Below are positions 24,860 through 31,838 of a DNA stretch of 31,838 nucleotides, one piece after another (the first letter of the stretch is position 1; each line of letters starts with the position of its first letter). The stretch is from an uncultured Caldimicrobium sp. (GTDB taxonomy: Bacteria > Desulfobacterota > Thermodesulfobacteria > Thermodesulfobacteriales > Thermodesulfobacteriaceae): positions 1-31,838 of the forward strand of contig CAZJUD010000075.1 in assembly GCA_964549125.1 (NCBI GenBank), read 5' to 3'. Position numbers and translations under genes: made by a program. The notes under the pieces are model-generated. The model was not told the DNA's origin. It saw only the letters and a program-made list of their open reading frames with translations, and searched no databases.

Positions 24860-26236
24860 ATGTGTGGGATTATAGGTGTCTACGGAGTTCCCTCAGCCTC
24901 AAAGATCACCTTCTTTGGGCTTTATTCCCTTCAGCATAGAGGACAAGAGAGCGCAGGTATTGCTGTTTTTGACGGAAAGCAAGTTAGACATTATCGGGGC
25001 ATGGGCCTTGTTTCTGAGGTCTTTGATGAAAAGATACTCCAAGAGCTTCCCGGTGATATAGCTGTAGGGCATGTTCGCTACTCTACTGCAGGTTCTTCAA
25101 CCATCATCAACGCTCAACCCTTCTGCGTAAACTACGCTAAGAAGACAATAGCCCTTGCTCATAACGGCAACTTAGTAAACGCTGAAAGCCTTCGCTGTGA
25201 GCTTGAGGAAGAGGGACACATCTTCCAGACCACGATGGATAGCGAAGTTATCGTCCATCTTATCGTAAAGCATCTAAAAGAAGGGCTCGTGGAAGCTATT
25301 TCCAAGGCTATGCAAAGGATCAAGGGTGCCTACTCAGTGGTCATGCTTGTTGACGGGACCTTGGTAGCCTTTAGAGACCCCCACGGCTTTCGACCCCTTT
25401 CCTTAGGGATGCTAAACGGAGGCTACGTTATCGCCTCTGAAACCTGCGCCTTTGACCTTCTTTCTGCCGAGTATTTACGAGACATTGCTCCGGGTGAAAT
25501 CTTGGTGATCGATGAAAACGGTCCACAGAGCTACTTCCCCTTTGAAAGTCCTCAGCGCCTTGCCCACTGTATCTTTGAGTTTATATACTTTGCTCGCCCT
25601 GATAGCACAATCTTTGGGAAGAACGTCTACCTTGTGAGAAAAAGGCTTGGAGAGAAGCTCTACGAAGAGTGTCCGCTAAGTGCTGATTTTGTCATGCCCT
25701 TTCCGGATTCTGGGAACTATGCCGCAATCGGGTATGCCGCAAAGGCTCATCTTCCATTTGAGTTTGGTGTTATAAGGAACCACTACATCGGGCGAACCTT
25801 TATTCAGCCTTCTGAAAAGCTTCGGGACCTTTCAGTCCGGATGAAGTTAAATCCTGTAAAAGAATTGATCCGTGGCAAAGAGGTGATCGTGATCGATGAT
25901 TCCCTCGTCCGAGGGACGACAAGCAAAAACCGTATAAGGAGCATAAAACTTGCCGGAGCAAGGGCTATTCACTTTCTAATTACTTGCCCGCCTTTGCGTT
26001 ATCCTTGCTTTTTTGGCATCGATTTTCCAAGCAAGCAGGAGCTCATCGCTGCAAAACACTCAATTGAAGAGATTAGAAAATTCCTTGACATAGAAACCCT
26101 TTATTACCTCAGCCTTGAAGGGATGCTTTCAGCGGTAGAAGACCTTTCAGACAAAGTTTGCACCGCCTGCTTTACGGGAGACTATCCTGTTCCTCTTCAG
26201 CAACCCTTTCGCAAAGACTTTGCCGAGGTCAAATGA
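24860..26236 (+). CDS. purF: Amidophosphoribosyltransferase (Fe-S type)
   Basis: MCGI N-terminal nucleophile, QHRGQESAG, GHVRYSTAG, HNGNL, IDDSLVRGTTS, Fe-S Cys in HCIFE, PCFFG and CTAC. Confidence 0.97.
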   Translation: MCGIIGVYGVPSASKITFFGLYSLQHRGQESAGIAVFDGKQVRHYRGMGLVSEVFDEKILQELPGDIAVGHVRYSTAGSSTIINAQPFCVNYAKKTIALAHNGNLVNAESLRCELEEEGHIFQTTMDSEVIVHLIVKHLKEGLVEAISKAMQRIKGAYSVVMLVDGTLVAFRDPHGFRPLSLGMLNGGYVIASETCAFDLLSAEYLRDIAPGEILVIDENGPQSYFPFESPQRLAHCIFEFIYFARPDSTIFGKNVYLVRKRLGEKLYEECPLSADFVMPFPDSGNYAAIGYAAKAHLPFEFGVIRNHYIGRTFIQPSEKLRDLSVRMKLNPVKELIRGKEVIVIDDSLVRGTTSKNRIRSIKLAGARAIHFLITCPPLRYPCFFGIDFPSKQELIAAKHSIEEIRKFLDIETLYYLSLEGMLSAVEDLSDKVCTACFTGDYPVPLQQPFRKDFAEVK

Positions 26237-27726
26237 TGAGGGCTTACGAAGACCTTCAAGAATTCATCGCAACCTTGGAAAAAAAGGGGGAACTTCTACG
26301 CCTAAAAGAAGAAGTCTCCGTTGAGCTTGAGATCACAGAGATAACAGACAGAGTAGTGAAAAGAAAAGGTCCTGCTCTTTACTTTGAAAGGGTCAAAGAA
26401 AGCAACATTCCAGTGGTAACAAATCTTTTTGGTAGTGAAGAGAGGGTTTGCTTAGCCCTTGGGGTAAGCTCCTTTGATGAGCTTTCGCAGAGGGTTTTAG
26501 ATTTTCTTGAGGTTCGCCCTGGTGAAGGGTTGATGCACAAGCTTAGGCTTATCCCTAAGCTTCTTCAGGCTAAGAATGTTTTCCCAAAGATGGTTGACAA
26601 AGCTCCCTGTCAGGAGGTCATCCTTCAAGGAAAGGAGGTTGACCTCTTTAAGCTCCCTATCTTGAAATGCTGGCCTGAGGATGGGGGAAGGTACATTACC
26701 CTTCCCTGCGTGATTACTAAGGACCCTGAGACCGGGGTTCGTAACGTTGGCATGTATCGCCTGCAGGTCTTTGAAAGGAATAAGACGGGCATGCATTGGC
26801 AGATGCACAAGGTTTCTGCAAAGCATTATCAAAAGGCAGAAAGACAGGGAAAGAGGCTTCCTGTTGCCGTTGCCATCGGACCTGACCCTGCAGTCATCTA
26901 CGCCGCAACCGCTCCCCTTCCAGAGGATATTGACGAGTTTATGCTTGCTGGCTTTTTAAGAGGGGAGCCTGTTCGTCTTGTCAGATGTTTGACCATTCCT
27001 CTTGAGGTTCCAGCAAACTCTCAGATCGTTCTTGAGGGCTACGTTGAGCCCTTTGAAAGACGCATTGAAGGTCCCTTTGGCGACCACACCGGATTTTACA
27101 CTGAGCCTGAACCTTTCCCAGTGTTTACCGTCCAAGCAATTACCATGAGGAAGGATGCCATCTACCCAGCAACCATAGTTGGCAAGCCACCTCAAGAAGA
27201 CGCTTACCTTGGTAAAGCCACGGAAAGGCTTTTTTTGCCCTTGATCAAGATGGTTTTGCCAGAGGTTGTAGATATAAATCTACCGGTTGAAGGAGTTTTC
27301 CATAACTTTGCCTTTGTCTCTATCGATAAGAGGTATCCTGGGCATGCTTACAAGGTTGCCCATGCCATCTGGGGTCTCGGTCAGTTGATGTTTACTAAGT
27401 TTGTTTGCGTCTTTGATAAGCATGTAAACGTGCATGACCTTCGTGAAGTTATCTTTTATCTTGGGGCAAACGTTGACCCGGCTCGGGATATTCAAATCGT
27501 CAAAGGTCCGGTAGACCATCTTGACCATGCTGTATCAACCATAGGTTTTGGGGGAAAGGTTTGCATTGATGCTACAACAAAGCTAAAGGAGGAGGGCTAC
27601 GAGCGGACCTGGCCAAGAGAAATAAGCATGAGCCCTGAGGTTAAAGCAAAGATTGATAAGCTCTGGCAAAAACTTAAGCTTGATGTCCTTCTCGAAGAAT
27701 ACAAAAGGAGGAGGAGAAATTCATGA
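26233..27726 (+). CDS. UbiD-family decarboxylase, menaquinone (futalosine pathway) type
   Basis: LEITEITDRV, WPEDGGRYIT, RNVGMYRLQ, EGPFGDHTGFY, GKPPQED, GPVDHLDH, IDATTK. Start ATG 26233 or 26236 overlaps the purF stop; the track start at 26158 is an extension into purF. Confidence 0.88.
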   Translation: MMRAYEDLQEFIATLEKKGELLRLKEEVSVELEITEITDRVVKRKGPALYFERVKESNIPVVTNLFGSEERVCLALGVSSFDELSQRVLDFLEVRPGEGLMHKLRLIPKLLQAKNVFPKMVDKAPCQEVILQGKEVDLFKLPILKCWPEDGGRYITLPCVITKDPETGVRNVGMYRLQVFERNKTGMHWQMHKVSAKHYQKAERQGKRLPVAVAIGPDPAVIYAATAPLPEDIDEFMLAGFLRGEPVRLVRCLTIPLEVPANSQIVLEGYVEPFERRIEGPFGDHTGFYTEPEPFPVFTVQAITMRKDAIYPATIVGKPPQEDAYLGKATERLFLPLIKMVLPEVVDINLPVEGVFHNFAFVSIDKRYPGHAYKVAHAIWGLGQLMFTKFVCVFDKHVNVHDLREVIFYLGANVDPARDIQIVKGPVDHLDHAVSTIGFGGKVCIDATTKLKEEGYERTWPREISMSPEVKAKIDKLWQKLKLDVLLEEYKRRRRNS

Positions 27727-28232
27727 AGGTTGCTGTGATGAGCGATTCCCATGACCGCATAGACCACCTAAGCTGGGCAATCGCTGAATCAGAAAAAAGA
27801 GGAGTTGAAAGGATATTTCACTGTGGGGACCTGATTTCTCCCTTCATGGTCTTAACACTTGCTAAGTTTCAGGGAAGGATTGATTTGATCTTAGGGAATA
27901 ACCGTGGAGATGTGGGCCTTCTTTGCGAGCTCCTAAGGAAGCATTCAAACATCACCCTCCACGGAGACTTTGCCTACTTGAATGTTGACGGCTACCGAAT
28001 TGCCATGGTTCACTATCCAAAGCTTGCCATCCCTATTGCTAAGTCTCAGGAGTTTGATTATGTATTTTGCGGACATACCCATAAGTTTGAGGTGAAGGAG
28101 TTTGGTAGATGTCTTCTTATCAATCCTGGTGAGCTAATGGGTAAGGAGGGACCACCAAGCTTTGTCGTTCTTGACCTTGATAGTAGAGCCTGGGAAAAAA
28201 TTGAGCTAACCTTCTCCTTGCAAACGAGTTAG
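27723..28232 (+). CDS. YfcE/MJ0936-family metallophosphoesterase
   Basis: SDSHD, HCGD, GNN, GHTH, NPG motifs. Confidence 0.9.
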   Translation: MKVAVMSDSHDRIDHLSWAIAESEKRGVERIFHCGDLISPFMVLTLAKFQGRIDLILGNNRGDVGLLCELLRKHSNITLHGDFAYLNVDGYRIAMVHYPKLAIPIAKSQEFDYVFCGHTHKFEVKEFGRCLLINPGELMGKEGPPSFVVLDLDSRAWEKIELTFSLQTS

Positions 28233-28248
28233 AAAAAAGCAAGGAGAT

Positions 28249-28370
28249 CTTGACTATTTCACAGATAGGTTTTGCCCATGCTATAGCCTTTTCTGCCTTC
28301 TCAACTGAATATTTTTCTAACGGGACCTTATCTTTTCCACAAGCTTTGATAAGGGTTTTTACGGCCTTTG
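28249..28370 (-). pseudogene. Possible remnant of a HEPN-domain gene C-terminus
   Basis: The frame following hisF reads GKDKVPLEKYSVEKAEKAIAWAKPICEIVK, resembling the last helix of HEPN proteins (P.e.Yt.edAe.Ai..A..i.e.vk). Resemblance by eye only. Confidence 0.3.
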
Positions 28371-29150
28371 CTACCACTTAAGCCTAACTTTTACACCTTT
28401 GTTAGCAAGGTATTCTTTGATTTCTCTTATGGTATACATTCCATAGTGGACCATTGAGGCTATCAAGGCTGCATCGGCTTTCCCTTTGGTTAACACTTCG
28501 TAAAGGTGTTCGGGGTGCCCTGCTCCGCCAGAGGCTACAACGGGGATCTTTACTGCGCTCGCTATCATCTCCGTTATAGTAAGCTCGTAGCCCTCTTTAG
28601 TTCCATCAGCATCAATGGAGTTTAGGACGATCTCTCCTGCTCCAAGGTTTTCGGCTTCCTTAGCCCACCACAGGGCATCTATTCCCATGGGCTGTCTTCC
28701 GCCTCGGATCCAAACTTCATAGCCCGAGGGGATCTTTGCAGACCTTTCAACGCGCTTCACATCCATGCCAAGGACGATGCACTGGGAACCAAAGGCTTTT
28801 GCCCCCTCGTAGATAAGCTTCGGGTTTAGCACAGCAGCCGTGTTTACCGAGACTTTCTCTGCTCCTGCAAGCAAAACCTCCCTCATCTGCTCCACCGTGC
28901 TAATGCCTCCTCCTACAGAAAAGGGAATAAAGATGCGCTCAGCCGTCCTCCGCACAACATCTATCATGATCTTCCGGTGCTCTGCGCTTGCGGTAATATC
29001 ATAAAAGACTATCTCATCAGCCCCTTCTTGATAGTACTTTTCAGCCATCTCCACCGGGTCGCCAACCTCAACATTATCCTTAAACTTTACGCCCTTTGTA
29101 GTTTTTCCATCCTTGACATCAAGGCAAACAACTATCCTTTTACTAAGCAT
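28371..29150 (-). CDS. hisF: Imidazole glycerol phosphate synthase cyclase subunit
   Basis: [56 protein letters not shown]. Confidence 0.97.
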   Translation of the reverse strand: MLSKRIVVCLDVKDGKTTKGVKFKDNVEVGDPVEMAEKYYQEGADEIVFYDITASAEHRKIMIDVVRRTAERIFIPFSVGGGISTVEQMREVLLAGAEKVSVNTAAVLNPKLIYEGAKAFGSQCIVLGMDVKRVERSAKIPSGYEVWIRGGRQPMGIDALWWAKEAENLGAGEIVLNSIDADGTKEGYELTITEMIASAVKIPVVASGGAGHPEHLYEVLTKGKADAALIASMVHYGMYTIREIKEYLANKGVKVRLKW

Positions 29151-29162
29151 TCGAGAGCCTCC

Positions 29163-29486
29163 TTACCCCCTTGTTTCAGCAAAGAGCCATTCTTCATAGG
29201 GCTTAAAAAGAACTTCCACCTCAAGCTTTGCCACGCAGGGACAAGTGTAGGTGTGAAGTTCTTTTATGCGTTCTGTTGCCTTAGTAGCTAAACTTTCCCT
29301 CGTTTTTACTATCATCACTACCTCTTGGCTTTCTTCAATCTTTCCTTGCCACCAGTAGAGAGACTTCACGTCTTCGTAGATGTTTACGCAGGCACAAAGC
29401 CTCTCCTCAAGAAGGGCTTTAGCTATCGCCTTTGCCGTCTCAAGTTTGTCAGCAGTTACATATAGGAAGACTACTCTTTCACTCAT
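29163..29486 (-). CDS. cutA: Divalent-cation tolerance protein CutA
   Basis: LCACVNI, SLYWWQGKIE, ELHTYTCPC. Confidence 0.93.
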   Translation of the reverse strand: MSERVVFLYVTADKLETAKAIAKALLEERLCACVNIYEDVKSLYWWQGKIEESQEVVMIVKTRESLATKATERIKELHTYTCPCVAKLEVEVLFKPYEEWLFAETRG

Positions 29487-29489
29487 GCC

Positions 29490-31838
29490 CTACCTCCCTT
29501 CTATGACTTCAAAGAGTTTTTCAAGCGGAAAGGGCTTATACAACACCGCATCATACCTTACATGCCTTGCCTGCTCAGAAACCTCCTTAGAGGTGTAGCC
29601 TGTCATCAAAACTATCTTTACAGCCCCTGAGAGTAGCCCCTCTTGCCTCAGCCTTTCAATGAGGTACACACCCCCCTTACCCAGTGGGACTGTAAGGTCA
29701 AGGAGCAAGAACTCAAAGGGTCTACCTTCCTCATAGGCAGATTTATAGGCTTGGAAGGCAGAATCTCCCTCCTCGAAGGTTTCAACTTCATAGCCTCTTT
29801 CCCTTAGCACCTCAGCCAAAAGCTCCCGCACTTCTTCATCGTCCTCAAGGATAAGGATTCGTTTTGCCGCACCCGCTTCTTCAACCTTAGTTTCTTTAAG
29901 CTCGAGACTAATAGGGGTGATCCTTGGTTTTCTTGGGAGCCTGATGATAAAGGTTGTTCCTACGCCGACTTTGCTATCAACAGAGATTTGTCCTCCGTAG
30001 ATGTCTACGACCCTTTTTACGACTGTTAGACCAAGCCCGGTGCCGTGAGGCTTCGTGGAAAAGCCAGGCTCAAAGATCTTTCCTAATAGTTCAACGGGTA
30101 TCCCTGGCCCGCTGTCTTCAACCTTAAGGACTACATCCTCATCCTCGGCATAAGCTGAGACCCTAAGGACTCCCCTCCCTCCCATTGCCTCTTTGGCGTT
30201 TAGAACAAGGTTTTGAAGGATAGTCAAAAGATGAGCATGGTCCATGAAGAGCTTTAAGCCTTCCTCTATGGAAAGTTCAGCCTTGACCTCAGACCCCTGA
30301 AGATAGAAGGAAACCCATTCAGGAATAAACTTAGCAAGCTCTATCTGTTCAAACTTCCTTAGGTCTCTTCCTGAAAGGATAAAAAGCTCTAAAACCCTTT
30401 GGGAAACCTTATCAAAGGCTTCTTTTACCTTTTTCACATGCTTTGCTTTGTCTTGGTCTAAGGCATCCTTTAGCTTGAGCTCAAGGAGCTCAAGATGCCC
30501 TTTGATTACCATGAGGAGGTTGTTTAAGTCGTGGGCAAGCCCGCCCGCTATCTGAAGGACAGCAGATGTCTTCTCAGCTCTTCTTGCCTCCTCCTCAAGT
30601 ATCAACCGCTCAGTAATGTCAAAGATCAAGCCAAGTAAGCATCTTTTCCCAAAAAAGGATATCTCATCAAACAAGATTTCAATAGGGGCATACGAGCCAT
30701 CCTTCTTTTTTAGCTTTGTTTGAACATGCTTCTTAGCAAGGGCTGAAGGTTCTCCCTTTTTTATCCTGGATAAAGCCACCCTTGTCCTCTCTCTTAGCTC
30801 CGGCGTTGGCGTCAAAAGTTCATGTAAGTCTGCATGAATAAGCTCACTTTTCTCGTATCCTGTAAGCTTTGCTAAGCTTGAATTTACAAAGACTGCCTTT
30901 CCTTCTTCGTCAAGGACCGCCAACCCAACGGGTAAAAGCTCAACCAAGGTCTCAAAGAACTTTTGAGCCTCCTCCTTGAGCTTAAGATATTGGGTGATGT
31001 CTTCCAACATGGTGTAGATCAAGTTGTCTTTATCCTGTTTGAAAAGCCTTGAGGAAAGGAGGGCGTAGAATTCCCTTCCTTTGAAAGTTTTAAGCCTTGC
31101 TTCGTACGCCCTGACTTCACCTTTGCTCGTGAGTAGCTCTAAGAAGGCTTGCTTAGCCTCAGGGTTAATCCAAAAATCCCTTTCATTTAGTCCTTTTAGG
31201 TCAAGGTTTTCTGGAAGTTCAAGGAGCTTCCTTGCCTCTCTGTTTACATTTATAAGTGTGCCATCAAGCTTTGTGATGACAATAGCTACTGGGTTTTCCT
31301 CAAAGAGCCTAACTATCTCGGTGACATCGTTGTAGAAGGTCAATTTTAAAGTTTTACCAGATTTGGTATGGAATATACGGAAATAACGTTGAAAATACTT
31401 GCCAAGCTTTGGAGAATAGAGAATACGATCACTTTCCCTTTTGCCCGTCAATAAAGGACAGTCTGAACAAGGCATACTCCTTCCGTAAAGGATGTAATGA
31501 CACTTTGGGCATTCTTCTTCTAAAAGAAGTTTTAAAGTTTTGCTAGCATAAACGATGTTGAAGTTATCATCGTTTATGAAGAATAACCCAGGATAAAGGT
31601 CTACCGTAATCTTTAAAAGCTCCGCTAACTCCTTTTCCTCTGTTCTATCTTCTATAAAGTGTAGATATCCCAATAGGTCTCCCATTTCGTCGTATAACGG
31701 AATGACTGAGACAAAGAGGTGCTTCCTTTGCTTTGGCTCAAAAAACTCTTTAAAATAAATCCCTTTGATAGGTGAGCCTGCCTTATCGTGCTCTGAGGCA
31801 GGCTTCTTGGGACAGCAAGGAGGAACTTCTTTGCAAGC
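29490..31838 (-). CDS. Multi-PAS hybrid sensor histidine kinase / receiver; 5' end lies outside the window
   Basis: H-box AHDLNNLL, N-box NLVLNA, DSGPGI, FSTK, GTGLGL; receiver ILEDD, LLDLTVP, TG, KPF. The frame is open from 31838 to the track's ATG at 31685 (ACKEVPPCCPK...KHLFVSVIPLYDEMGD), so that ATG is internal. Confidence 0.92.
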   Translation of the reverse strand, partial: ACKEVPPCCPKKPASEHDKAGSPIKGIYFKEFFEPKQRKHLFVSVIPLYDEMGDLLGYLHFIEDRTEEKELAELLKITVDLYPGLFFINDDNFNIVYASKTLKLLLEEECPKCHYILYGRSMPCSDCPLLTGKRESDRILYSPKLGKYFQRYFRIFHTKSGKTLKLTFYNDVTEIVRLFEENPVAIVITKLDGTLINVNREARKLLELPENLDLKGLNERDFWINPEAKQAFLELLTSKGEVRAYEARLKTFKGREFYALLSSRLFKQDKDNLIYTMLEDITQYLKLKEEAQKFFETLVELLPVGLAVLDEEGKAVFVNSSLAKLTGYEKSELIHADLHELLTPTPELRERTRVALSRIKKGEPSALAKKHVQTKLKKKDGSYAPIEILFDEISFFGKRCLLGLIFDITERLILEEEARRAEKTSAVLQIAGGLAHDLNNLLMVIKGHLELLELKLKDALDQDKAKHVKKVKEAFDKVSQRVLELFILSGRDLRKFEQIELAKFIPEWVSFYLQGSEVKAELSIEEGLKLFMDHAHLLTILQNLVLNAKEAMGGRGVLRVSAYAEDEDVVLKVEDSGPGIPVELLGKIFEPGFSTKPHGTGLGLTVVKRVVDIYGGQISVDSKVGVGTTFIIRLPRKPRITPISLELKETKVEEAGAAKRILILEDDEEVRELLAEVLRERGYEVETFEEGDSAFQAYKSAYEEGRPFEFLLLDLTVPLGKGGVYLIERLRQEGLLSGAVKIVLMTGYTSKEVSEQARHVRYDAVLYKPFPLEKLFEVIEGR

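Noticed and set aside
1450-31335. Numerous 60-170-aa ORFs nested in or antisense to recognised genes (e.g. 15149-15655, 26497-26832, 28977-29291)
   Set aside because: No recognisable motifs, and each is fully overlapped by a well-supported gene.
29490-31685. ATG 31685 as the kinase start
   Set aside because: The frame stays open to 31838 and encodes PAS-like sequence, so the gene begins outside the window.
1-31838. Frequent AAGCTT/AGCT words as a possible dispersed repeat or signal
   Set aside because: Readily explained by codon usage (AAG-CTT, GAG-CTT, AGC-TTA). I saw no regular spacing and did not compute enrichment.
1-31838. tRNA, rRNA, CRISPR array, IS or integrase
   Set aside because: Intergenic gaps are short (about 140 nt at most) and show no cloverleaf, repeat-spacer or transposase signatures.

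Overview
A densely coding, mostly housekeeping 31.8-kb window with short intergenic gaps and many ATGA/TGATG overlaps. The gene set (AhbA heme pathway, futalosine-type UbiD, LpxI/GnnA lipid A genes, multiheme cytochrome c) suggests a Gram-negative anaerobe, probably a thermophilic Thermodesulfobacteriota-like sulfur metaboliser; this is inference only. I saw no tRNA, rRNA, CRISPR array or intact mobile element. The supplied ORF track misses or misbounds four genes: a GT2 glycosyltransferase running off the left edge, a 58-aa four-Cys protein (7703-7879), the hybrid kinase running off the right edge, and a multiheme cytochrome split at an in-frame TGA. Main highlights: (1) a probable 547-aa, 11-12-heme selenoprotein (20891-22534), with TGA at 22166-22168 followed by a bacterial SECIS-like hairpin; (2) a tusA-iscS*-iscU-iscU' module whose IscS lacks the PLP Schiff-base lysine but keeps the persulfide cysteine; (3) a PilZ (c-di-GMP receptor)-PyrE fusion with a possible internal start; (4) a PurH without its IMP cyclohydrolase domain; (5) a kinase PAS domain with an NreB-like four-Cys motif. 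All family assignments come from motif recognition by eye, not database searches.
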